64,000 bases of DNA. It comes from Candidatus Latescibacterota bacterium (GTDB taxonomy: Bacteria; Latescibacterota; UBA2968; UBA8231). Under the pieces are notes generated by a model that made no database searches, was not told the DNA's origin, and saw nothing but the letters and a program-made list of their open reading frames with translations. Both the position numbers and the translations under genes were made by a program. Below, piece by piece: positions 28,895-37,565 of the stretch. Location: NCBI GenBank assembly GCA_965217585.1, contig OZ244561.1:2752001-2816000 (forward strand), written 5' to 3'. Every line of letters begins with the position of its first letter. Position 1 is the stretch's first letter.

Positions 28895-30612
28895 GTCCGC
28901 GAAGTAGCAACAGCCCGCTCGTCCTTTGATAATCCATAGATCTGGAATACAGCCGCGTTGCAGGCGGCAATGTCGCGGCTATTCGCTGCCTCCCCCAGAG
29001 CACTTTTGAGCTTTTCGTCCACGTCTTGCCAGTAAGGCAGTCGGATACGGCGCAGATATTGCGCCTGAAATCGCAAGTAGCCGCCACGCATCCGAGTCGA
29101 ATAGACCGACACAAACAGGCGGGCGATACCCGATAGCAGCACGGCTTGCAGCGCGTACAAATCCCATTCATCACTCGTGATAAAGTAGAGATTGTGGTGC
29201 GGGTAAAGCTTGCCGCATTCATAGACGATATGGGCTTGGCCCTTGATATCAGGGATTAGCAACTTCGGCTTACTGGCGAGGGCTGGATAGATGCGATCAA
29301 TCGTGCGATACCAGTTAGCAGGTGATTTCTTTGCGACATGCCGTTTTGCTATCTGGTCCTTGCGGGCTTCCAGATAGGTTTTGAGTTTGGGGAATTTTGC
29401 TAGATCAACAAGCCCCCCTTCATCGGCAAACGGATTGACGACGCCAAGGCCGCGCCATTTGACGGTGCCTGTGATAATATCGCGGGTCATCGCCAGTGGT
29501 AGTTTGCGATCCGGCTCTACATCCAGCTCGTCATAGGGACCGATAAAGGCTTGATCGGCACCGGTAGCGACACCGACGCCGATCTTACACCCTACCTCTT
29601 CGATTAGCGGAAAATCTCGCTCCAGTCGCCGGACAAGGGCAAGTTGGTCGGACGACTCCAATATCCAGGGTTCGGCTCCTGCCGCAACGCCGGTCATTTC
29701 CTTGACCCCACTCTCTGAGGCGGGCTTTTCTTTGGATAGCAGGGTCTTGCTTAAAGCCTTGAGCGTTGCCGGCTTAATCTCGGGACGGTGCGCGACGCGA
29801 GTTTTGCCCGGCTTTTCATTAGCAATAATAGTAATAGCTGGATAGGCAATAACATCTGTATGGAAGGCCGGTGTATCGACCATATCGACATACATTTTCA
29901 GATGAAATTTATCAGCAGTCAGTTTACGTAGCGGTCCTCCATAACGGTTTTTCATCCAGCGATCAGCGCAGATAAATCCAAGCGTACCGCCCGACTCCAG
30001 CAGGTTAAGTGAGCGCTCGATAAACGGGATATAGAGGTCTGCGCGGTCAAATACGGTCGTATAGCGCGTGCGGTATTCGGCAAGAAGCGCAGCGGGAATC
30101 AGCTCTTGCCGCACATAAGGTGGATTGCCAACCACGCAGTCAAACGCAAACGGCAGCGGCGTGAGAAGAAAATCGCCCTTGATGAGCCAGGTATCGGCAA
30201 GAGTGGTGGCTGGCTTTGTCTCAAGCCCTTCTGCCTTGAGCATGGCGATGACCTTCTCGCGCGTTGCCTGAAAAGTATCGTCATGCAATTCGACGGCCCT
30301 AATGGCATTGGCCAGCATTTCTTTCGGATCGGCGTTGCTCTTTCGCTTGCTCCACGCCTTGAGCAAGCGCTCGATCGCGATAAGAAGAAAATCGCCACCG
30401 CCAAAAGAAGGCTCCAGCAGGCGAATTTCATGCAAAGGTCGGTCTGTGGTATAGTTGACAAGGTCGAGGATGAACTCGACGACCTCGCGCTTTGTAAAGA
30501 TTGCGCCGCGTTCCTCGATTCCGGCTTGCGCCAGTTTGGTCAGCGCATCCTCGACCGGGCACATGCCGGGGAAGGAGGCTTGAGTTACTTGTTGTAGTGC
30601 GCTCTGCACCAT
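28846..30612 (-). CDS. Type II N6-adenine DNA methyltransferase (Eco57I/TaqI/PaeR7I-like)
   Basis: [38 protein letters not shown]; lower GC than neighbours. Confidence 0.88.
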   Translation of the reverse strand: MVQSALQQVTQASFPGMCPVEDALTKLAQAGIEERGAIFTKREVVEFILDLVNYTTDRPLHEIRLLEPSFGGGDFLLIAIERLLKAWSKRKSNADPKEMLANAIRAVELHDDTFQATREKVIAMLKAEGLETKPATTLADTWLIKGDFLLTPLPFAFDCVVGNPPYVRQELIPAALLAEYRTRYTTVFDRADLYIPFIERSLNLLESGGTLGFICADRWMKNRYGGPLRKLTADKFHLKMYVDMVDTPAFHTDVIAYPAITIIANEKPGKTRVAHRPEIKPATLKALSKTLLSKEKPASESGVKEMTGVAAGAEPWILESSDQLALVRRLERDFPLIEEVGCKIGVGVATGADQAFIGPYDELDVEPDRKLPLAMTRDIITGTVKWRGLGVVNPFADEGGLVDLAKFPKLKTYLEARKDQIAKRHVAKKSPANWYRTIDRIYPALASKPKLLIPDIKGQAHIVYECGKLYPHHNLYFITSDEWDLYALQAVLLSGIARLFVSVYSTRMRGGYLRFQAQYLRRIRLPYWQDVDEKLKSALGEAANSRDIAACNAAVFQIYGLSKDERAVATSRTYCSSRISTSLPFSNA

Positions 30613-30628
30613 GGCCCCGCTCGTTTTC

Positions 30629-30760
30629 TCAGTTCGCGTGTTTGACTATCTGTTTATGATATTCGATAAACTCGCGCAAGGAGCGTGGAATAAGATAGGA
30701 GGCCGTCACATCGCTGTGCTGGCCCATAAGGTCAAAACGATTATTGGGTACTAAAAATAT
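30629..30760 (-). pseudogene. Probable 3' remnant of a lost gene upstream of the methylase
   Basis: AT-rich; reads ...[22 protein letters not shown] ending 16 bp before the methylase start. Confidence 0.35.
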
Positions 30761-30875
30761 TATCGTTGGTGAGTCAACCGGTTTTAGAAGCCTTTTTAAA
30801 TTCCGCTGCTCTACCTCAAGTAGCTCAGAGCAGCGTAGAATCGCGCTAATCCTTCGACGCCTCAAAGAGAAAATC

Positions 30876-30912
30876 AGAAGCGCCCGATGGCTCGTCGGCA
30901 TCGGGCGCTTCT
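30876..30912. terminator. Intrinsic terminator-like hairpin
   Basis: 14-bp stem AGAAGCGCCCGATG/CATCGGGCGCTTCT after 30947..31774. Confidence 0.7.
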
Positions 30913-30946
30913 TTGTGCGCATCTTAGAGGGTCTTAGGATCAGCCC

Positions 30947-31774
30947 TCAGCTCGATGCTCGCCGCGCCGTGTTTAGCACGTCGTAGCAAAACTGCGCCGT
31001 GCTCCAGGCGTCGTAGCCAGTTGCGTTCCATATCTGGCCGGTGACCTCCGGGCAGAGGTACTGGTCCCAGCCGGCGTCTTGCAGGGCCTTGTAGTAAGCC
31101 TTCATGTCTAGCTTGCCGCTGCCGGGCAGGAGATAGCGGACCCGCCCCTCCTCGTCGAGATAGCCGTCCTTGATGTGATTGTGGACCGAGTACTGAAGAT
31201 TCAGGTCAATCGAGTGCTGCAAGTCGATGCCCTCGACCCAGAAGTGGCTGTAGTCGAAGTTGAGGCCGAGGTTTGGGTGGTTGGTTTGCTGCATGAGCCA
31301 AGCGGCCTTTTCCGGCGTCTCAAAGTCGTCGCCAGCATGCGGCTCGATGGCGACGATGACGTCGTATTCGGCGGCCATGTCGCCCAGTTCGAGTACCAGC
31401 TCGACGATGCGCTCTTTGCCCGTCTCCCAGGCGGGTTTGGAGCCGAGGGTGGTGCTGACGACCATTGGGCGGTCGTCGAGCCGAAGTGCGCGGCTCAGTT
31501 CAAAGGTCGCTCTGAACTGCGCCAGCGCGGCTGCGCGTCCCTCGCCTTCGACGCAGGGCGAGAGCAGGGCCATTAGCGCCGGCGTGGGGAAGCCGAGCTG
31601 GCGGAGGAGGTCGGCGAGTCTTTTGCGTGCGGCCGCGTCCATGTTGGCCGGCTCGGTCGGCCAGCCAGGGGTGACGGCGATTTCCATGCCCTCGTAGCCC
31701 ATGTCGGCGAGGCGCGGCAGGGCCTCGAAGACGTCGAGTTGCTTCATGCCATAGGTGCTGTAGTAGAGTTTCAC
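30947..31774 (-). CDS. Sugar phosphate isomerase/epimerase (xylose-isomerase-like TIM barrel)
   Basis: GYEGMEI, AIEPH, NFDYSH, HIKDG, PGSG; GTG start overlaps the upstream TGA. Confidence 0.85.
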   Translation of the reverse strand: MKLYYSTYGMKQLDVFEALPRLADMGYEGMEIAVTPGWPTEPANMDAAARKRLADLLRQLGFPTPALMALLSPCVEGEGRAAALAQFRATFELSRALRLDDRPMVVSTTLGSKPAWETGKERIVELVLELGDMAAEYDVIVAIEPHAGDDFETPEKAAWLMQQTNHPNLGLNFDYSHFWVEGIDLQHSIDLNLQYSVHNHIKDGYLDEEGRVRYLLPGSGKLDMKAYYKALQDAGWDQYLCPEVTGQIWNATGYDAWSTAQFCYDVLNTARRASS

Positions 31775-32367
31775 GCGGTGACGACCTCCTGTTGTGCGCC
31801 CATGCGCTCGCGCTCGGCGATGAGCAAGTTGATCCAGTGTTTCACGTAGTGCCCGTGGTCGTGCCAAGTGCGGCCGCTGATGAGATTGCCATCGACGACG
31901 CAGGGCGCGTCTACAAAGGTGCCGCCGCAGACCTCTAGGTCGAATTGGCACTTGGGCACGGTGGCCATGCGCCGCCCTTTGACGCAACCGGCGCGAGCGG
32001 GGATTTCGACGCCGTGGCAGACGCAGCCTATGGGCTTGTCGTGGTGAAAAAAGTAGCGGGTAATGCGAATCAGGTCCGGGTCGTCGCGGATGTATTCGGG
32101 GGCGCGCCCTCCGGAGAAAAAGATCCCCACGTACTCTTCGGGCACGATGTGGCGGAAGGCGATGTCGGCTTGGATGGTATAGCCCTCAAATTCGCGGGTG
32201 ATGTCCCAACCCTCGGCCGGGACCTCGTGCAGAACCATGTTGTAGCGGCGGGCGTCCGGCCCGGCCACCACGGGCGCGAATCCCTCTTCTTGGACGCGCA
32301 GGTAGGGATAGAGCGTGTCGACGGTTTCGGTGGCATCGCCGACGATGATGAGGACTTTGGCGGTCAC
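31771..32367 (-). CDS. DJ-1/PfpI family protein
   Basis: SGGRAPEYIR, VCHG, VVDGNLISGRTW. Confidence 0.9.
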   Translation of the reverse strand: MTAKVLIIVGDATETVDTLYPYLRVQEEGFAPVVAGPDARRYNMVLHEVPAEGWDITREFEGYTIQADIAFRHIVPEEYVGIFFSGGRAPEYIRDDPDLIRITRYFFHHDKPIGCVCHGVEIPARAGCVKGRRMATVPKCQFDLEVCGGTFVDAPCVVDGNLISGRTWHDHGHYVKHWINLLIAERERMGAQQEVVTA

Positions 32368-32485
32368 TGCATTCTCCCTTGGACGATGTAGGCTGGTGGG
32401 ATACCTTTTTCGCGCCGGAGAAACTAATGTGCCATATTGGGTGCAGCAAGCTGTAATCACGTCTTAAAGACGCAAGGAGGTTATC

Positions 32486-33361
32486 GTGGAATACCGCCGC
32501 TTTGGACAGACAGACATGGAGCTGAGCACCATTGGCTTGGGTGGGCTGTTGGCCCGCTACGAGGGCATCAACGGCCATCCGCCGCCCGCGGAGAAGCGCC
32601 GAATTTACCTGCGGGCCGCCGAGCTGGGCGTCAACCTCTTCGACATGGGCTACGGCGACGAGGTCCACATCCCCGATGAGCTGAAAGGCCCGCGAGACGA
32701 CCGCTTCTTCTCGCTCAAGGTGGGTGCGCCCGCAGCCGCTGAGGTGGAAGGGACTATCGACAAGCACCTCGCCAATGTGCGCCGCGAGGCCATTGATATT
32801 TTGCGGGTACACCACTATGCCTATCTGCAAAACGAGGGCTTGGCCGAGCGCATTGCCGAGTGCAAGGCCAAAGGCAAAGTGCGCGCCCTGTGCTTGATTC
32901 GGCACATGCTGGCCGACCAACAAGCCTACGCCACGCGCGGTCCCGAACCCGAGGCGGACGCTGATTTGGTCATCTACAACTACGTCTGCCGCTGGCAGGC
33001 CCCAGGCATTGCGGCGTCGGCCTGGGCCGGGAAGGGCGTGCTGATTATGAAGGCCCTGGGTGGCCAGTGGCTTAGCTGGGCCGACAAGACGCAGACCGAC
33101 TGGTCGGCAGTGGACGAGTCAAGGGTTGAGGAGCTATCGCCAAGGGGCGAAGGCATTCGCCGAGAGCTGCCGCTGGTCTATCCTGTTGTCTCAGGCCCTT
33201 GGCACGAGCTGGCTGAGCCGGGCGAGCCGGTGCCGCGCACCGAGCGGGCGATACAGTGGGTGCTGGCGACCGAGGGAGTACACTGCACTTTGGTGGCCTT
33301 TGCCAGCGTCGAGGAATTGGAGGAAGGGTTGGGAGTGATGGAGGCAAGTGCTGTCGTTTGA
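32486..33361 (+). CDS. Aldo/keto reductase-like protein
   Basis: RRFGQTDMELSTIGLG, LGVNLFD, IMKALGG; AAGGAGG RBS. Confidence 0.7.
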   Translation: MEYRRFGQTDMELSTIGLGGLLARYEGINGHPPPAEKRRIYLRAAELGVNLFDMGYGDEVHIPDELKGPRDDRFFSLKVGAPAAAEVEGTIDKHLANVRREAIDILRVHHYAYLQNEGLAERIAECKAKGKVRALCLIRHMLADQQAYATRGPEPEADADLVIYNYVCRWQAPGIAASAWAGKGVLIMKALGGQWLSWADKTQTDWSAVDESRVEELSPRGEGIRRELPLVYPVVSGPWHELAEPGEPVPRTERAIQWVLATEGVHCTLVAFASVEELEEGLGVMEASAVV

Positions 33362-33379
33362 TTGGGGTATTAGATACTG

Positions 33380-33431
33380 ATGTTACGTACGGCCCCCTAG
33401 GTATGAGATGCTTCGCTCCGCTCAGCATGAC
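33380..33431. repeat. REP-like repeat related to 9526..9591
   Basis: GATGCTTCGCTCCGCTCAGCATGACA between convergent genes. Confidence 0.7.
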
Positions 33432-33436
33432 AGAAC

Positions 33437-34492
33437 CTATTCTTCTAGAAAGCTCCACATCGCGTCGAAATGCGCCCCTTCAATCGGCTCTCGCAGCACC
33501 GAATTGACGCCTTTTTCCGCCATGTAACGCGGCGCAAACGCCAGTCCCTTTTGCAGCGCCGTGCGTTCCAGCCCCATTTGCCTAGGCCGCCAGCGCACCT
33601 GACAGCGCTCCAGCCGCTGCGCCAACCCCGCGGTATCTCCCGCGCAGCACCACGTGATGATCATCGCCCCTAAGGCCACTAGCTCGCCGTGGATCCAAGT
33701 CTGTTGGTTGGCCGTCTCCAGCGCGATCCAGAACGGGTGATCGCCGCTTGCTGTGGGGGCCTTCAAATGCTGACTATCGCGCTCCTTAATCCGCTGCGCG
33801 ATGTTGGCCACACTCGCTTCCGTCATCCGCCCGTTGGGATCCAGCGTTGCGGCAAAAGAAGTTGTGATCGACTCGTGCTGGGCCACCTGCTGTGCCGCCA
33901 GCGCCGGGTCGAACGCTGCCCCTTGCCCCAAAGCCGCCCGCCGCCGCCACTCCTCCAGCCCCGCATGGCTGCAGAGGATGTCGCCTAGCCCGGCGGTGTG
34001 CAAGTGATCCGGTGCCTCGAGGACCACATCGACGTCCACGAGCACGTATTGGCAATCCACCCACGGCCAGTCGTCCAAACCGCCCACGGTCTGATAGCCG
34101 TCCCACCGCGCCACGTGGCTGTGGATGATTGCTCCGGAAGAGAGGATCGTCGGCACCAAGATCAGTTCGGCGTCCTTGTCGAGGGCTACGAACTTGGAAG
34201 CGTCGAGGGCCTTGCCGCCGCCCAAGCCGATGACCAGTTCGATCCCGGCTGGCAGCCGATCGCTGAGGTCCTGCTGATGCGCCGAGTCCAGCCACTCGGC
34301 AAAGACCACGCCCTCTGGCTCGCGCACGAGGTGGTCCTTGGCGGCTGCGTACGCGCTGGGCGTGGTCACAATAGCATACGCCGGCCAGCGGGCACTTTCT
34401 CGTTGCAACAAGCCGCGGGCGACGCGCATGTCGTATTCAGCAGCCGGTTTGCACTGGCTGCCCATGATCCATCCTCTATTAGTTTTAGGCAT
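33437..34492 (-). CDS. Glycerol(-1-phosphate) dehydrogenase / iron-ADH superfamily protein
   Basis: IGLGGGKALDASK, VPTILS, AGLGDIL, HGELVALG. Confidence 0.8.
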   Translation of the reverse strand: MPKTNRGWIMGSQCKPAAEYDMRVARGLLQRESARWPAYAIVTTPSAYAAAKDHLVREPEGVVFAEWLDSAHQQDLSDRLPAGIELVIGLGGGKALDASKFVALDKDAELILVPTILSSGAIIHSHVARWDGYQTVGGLDDWPWVDCQYVLVDVDVVLEAPDHLHTAGLGDILCSHAGLEEWRRRAALGQGAAFDPALAAQQVAQHESITTSFAATLDPNGRMTEASVANIAQRIKERDSQHLKAPTASGDHPFWIALETANQQTWIHGELVALGAMIITWCCAGDTAGLAQRLERCQVRWRPRQMGLERTALQKGLAFAPRYMAEKGVNSVLREPIEGAHFDAMWSFLEE

Positions 34493-34619
34493 TTGTTCTC
34501 CGTCGCTCTCGGGGATTAGCTCCTAGGCAAAACAAACTATTGCTCCTATGATTGCTAATGCACAACAATATACAAGCCCTTTTTGCGCCGCCAACGCATC
34601 TTCCTGAGTCCAAAAGCCT

Positions 34620-35534
34620 ATGTCCACTGCCCACATCGCCCGCGTGCTCTCCGCAATGGACGAGCCTTTCGTGCGCTACAAGATCCGTCTCAACGTCTCG
34701 GCTCGCCCGCCCCGCGAGCGCGAGATTCGCATTCTCCGCGACGAGATCCGCGAGTCGGTCTTGGTCCGCACCCTGTTGGCCGAGTTGGATGCTGCGGGCC
34801 GCATCCCCCTCCCGCCGAGCCACCGCTGGCGCGGTGCCCATTGGGTGCTCTACATGCTGGCCGACCTAGGCTCCGCGCCCCGCGACAAAAGCCTGTGGGC
34901 CTTGCGCGACCAAGCGTGCGAGTGGCTTTTGGATCCCAATCGCCTTGAGCCTATTTGCGGTGCAATCGAGGGCAATGCGCTGTACTACTTGCTCTTCCTC
35001 GAGATCGACGATGGTCGCGCCGACGCCTTGGCCCAGCGCCTCGCGGGCAGCTTGCCCAAGGCATTGGGCCGCAGTCCGGCTGCCTTCGGCCAAGCGCTCA
35101 CCGCCCTGCGCGGCCTCGCCCTGCACGCCCGCCTCCGCGCTGACCGCGTCTCTGCCGATGCCGCCGCCCGCCTCGCCGAGCACTTGCTCGCCCACCGCCT
35201 CTACCAAAAGCCCGATGGCAGCCCCTTGAGCGCGAACTGCGCCTCGTTGCACTATCCCTGCTACGAGCACTGCGATTTCCTCTTTGCCCTCAAGGTCATG
35301 GCCGAGGCCGGCCATCTCGCCGATGCGCGTTGCCGCGAGGCGCTCGATCTGCTCAAGTCGAAGCAACTCGCCGACGGCACGTTTCCGGCCGAGCGCAAAT
35401 ACTACCGAGTCGGGCGCGTCGGCAAGGGCGACGACTCGCTCGTCGATTGGGGCCGCCCCAACCGCAGCCGGCCCAACCTCCATGTCACCTGCGACGCGCT
35501 CGGCGTGCTCCACGCTGCGGGTGAGCGGTTTTGA
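34620..35534 (+). CDS. Hypothetical alpha-helical protein (prenyltransferase/squalene-cyclase repeat-like)
   Basis: WRGAHWVL, LHYPCY, ALDLLKSKQLADGTF. Confidence 0.6.
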   Translation: MSTAHIARVLSAMDEPFVRYKIRLNVSARPPREREIRILRDEIRESVLVRTLLAELDAAGRIPLPPSHRWRGAHWVLYMLADLGSAPRDKSLWALRDQACEWLLDPNRLEPICGAIEGNALYYLLFLEIDDGRADALAQRLAGSLPKALGRSPAAFGQALTALRGLALHARLRADRVSADAAARLAEHLLAHRLYQKPDGSPLSANCASLHYPCYEHCDFLFALKVMAEAGHLADARCREALDLLKSKQLADGTFPAERKYYRVGRVGKGDDSLVDWGRPNRSRPNLHVTCDALGVLHAAGERF

Positions 35535-35554
35535 GCGCCGCCGCAAAATGCTGA

Positions 35555-35670
35555 TATAGCAATCCTCAATCATTCACAAGATGATCCGCAGATGGACGCA
35601 GATAGACGCAGAATAGTATTCACAAGACGATTCGTATCTCGAATCGTTCAAGTCATTCAGAATCGCTATA
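35555..35670. mobile_element. 116-bp MITE-like element, copy 1
   Basis: TATAGCAATCC...GAATCGCTATA ends; internal CCGCAGATGGACGCAGATAGACGCAGAATAGTA identical to 63758..63873. Confidence 0.75.
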
Positions 35671-35705
35671 TTGTACAACATCCGCCGCTTCACAGGTTTG
35701 CTACT

Positions 35706-36662
35706 ATGCGCTCTCTGCTGTTGTTCCTCTCCCTCGCCCTTGCGGGCTGCTATGCGGCCTCGCTCGCGCCCGATCCCGTAGGCCACTTTGCCGCGCGCAC
35801 CGACCACCTCCAGCGCCTAGAGCCGCTCGGCGAGCGCATCTTGCACGGGGCTGCGCTCAGCTTCGGGCCGCTGGATCCCGAAGAACGCACGCGCCCGCTC
35901 GTCTATGCCGTGTACTACGAACTCCACGACTTGCCCTACGACTGGCATCTGACGTTGGGCGCACATCTGGACCAGTACGCAGGCTACGGTCTCCCCCAAA
36001 TCGACCTCGGTTTCAACTCCGCCGGCCAGCCTTACGAGGAGGCCATTGCCGAAGGCCAGTTCGACGAGGCGATTGAGCGGCTCTGCTGGGGGTTGCAGGA
36101 GCTAGACCGCCCGGCCCTGCTGAGGTTGGGCTATGCGTTCAATAGCTCTTGGCGCGCCTATGAGGCGACGAGCTACATCGAGGCTTGGCAGCGGCTAGCG
36201 CAAACGCTGCGGGGTCGCTGGGGCTTGGACAACGTCGCGCTGATCTGGACGCATAAGGCCGACGGCGGCTCCGATTACTTGGCGTACTATCCGGGGGATG
36301 AGTACGTCGATTGGTGGTCGATTGACGTGGCTGCGCCGCAAGATCTGCGCCGCAGCCACGCCTTTATCGAGGCGGCGCAGGAGCGCGGCTACCCCGTGCT
36401 CGTCGGCGTGGTCACGCCAGTTACCACCGACCTAGGCCGGGCCGAGCAGGCGTGGCCTCGTTGGTTCGTCCCCTTCCTCCGCTTCTTGCGCCGCCACCCC
36501 AACATCAAGGCATTTACTTACATAGACTGGGACTGGTCGCAGGCGCAGCGCTTTGTTGATCCCGTGCTCTTTGCGCGCTACCGCAGCGAGTTGATGCACC
36601 CGATTTACCAACACGCTGCCCCGCCCGCCGAGTTGCGCTGGCACCTAAACCTCGATCCCTAG
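35706..36662 (+). CDS. GH26-like lipoprotein, catalytic glutamates apparently absent
   Basis: LAGC lipobox, IAEGQFD, RLGYAFN, YYPGDEYVDWW, IKAFTYIDWDW. Confidence 0.75.
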   Translation: MRSLLLFLSLALAGCYAASLAPDPVGHFAARTDHLQRLEPLGERILHGAALSFGPLDPEERTRPLVYAVYYELHDLPYDWHLTLGAHLDQYAGYGLPQIDLGFNSAGQPYEEAIAEGQFDEAIERLCWGLQELDRPALLRLGYAFNSSWRAYEATSYIEAWQRLAQTLRGRWGLDNVALIWTHKADGGSDYLAYYPGDEYVDWWSIDVAAPQDLRRSHAFIEAAQERGYPVLVGVVTPVTTDLGRAEQAWPRWFVPFLRFLRRHPNIKAFTYIDWDWSQAQRFVDPVLFARYRSELMHPIYQHAAPPAELRWHLNLDP

Positions 36663-36674
36663 CTTAGAGAAAGG

Positions 36675-37562
36675 ATGCAGCAAATGGATAAAATTGATGT
36701 TCACGTTCACGTCTTCGACCTGCCGAGCGAGCGGTTCCCCCGCGAGCTGAGCGGCCTTGCACCGGCCGACCGCGCCTGCCCGATAGAGGCGCTTTTGGCC
36801 GACATGGATGCTTCGGGCATCGAACGCGCGGTGCTGATCGAAATGAACGGCACCCAAATCGAACAGCACGCCTATGTCACGCATTGCGTGCGGACGTGGC
36901 CCGACCGCTTTACGGCGACGGGCTTGATCGACATGGACGACCCGGACCCGCCCGCTCGACTGCGCGAGCTCGTCGCCGCCACTGGCATTGAGGGGATCCG
37001 GCTGGGGGCGTTGGGCGACCCGGCTGCCCAGCGGGCTGAAGACCTGTCAACCTACGCGCTCTTCGAGTGTGCGGACGAGCTAGGAATCAACATCAACATC
37101 TACACCGGCGGGGCCCAGTTCCCCTGCATCGAACTGCTGGCCGCGGCCTTCCCCGGTGTGAACATTTCCCTCGACCATCTCGGCGTGATGCCGACCACGC
37201 CCGGCGGGCCGGACCGGTGGGGTCGCCCCCGCTTTGACGCCGAGCCGCTGCCGCCGGCCAACTATCCGCAAGTGATGGCGCTAGCCCGGTTCCCCAACGT
37301 CTATGTCAAAATTTCGGGGGAGTATGCGTTTTCTAAGGTGCCTTGGCCTTACGGGGATATGCAGGCCATGGTCGAGGATGTGTATCGGGCCTACGGCGCG
37401 GATCGCATGATGTGGTGTACGGATTCGCCGTGGATTGTGGTGGAACCTGGATACCAGAAACTGGTGGATTTGCTCGACTACCATCTGCCGAATATCTCCG
37501 CGGCGGAAAAAGAGATGATTATGGGCGGGACGGCACTGAAGCTGTGGTTTAAGGGGCGCTAG
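36675..37562 (+). CDS. Amidohydrolase_2 family protein
   Basis: IDVHVH, LDHLG, NVYVKISG, RMMWCTDSP. Confidence 0.88.
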   Translation: MQQMDKIDVHVHVFDLPSERFPRELSGLAPADRACPIEALLADMDASGIERAVLIEMNGTQIEQHAYVTHCVRTWPDRFTATGLIDMDDPDPPARLRELVAATGIEGIRLGALGDPAAQRAEDLSTYALFECADELGININIYTGGAQFPCIELLAAAFPGVNISLDHLGVMPTTPGGPDRWGRPRFDAEPLPPANYPQVMALARFPNVYVKISGEYAFSKVPWPYGDMQAMVEDVYRAYGADRMMWCTDSPWIVVEPGYQKLVDLLDYHLPNISAAEKEMIMGGTALKLWFKGR

Positions 37563-37565
37563 CGC

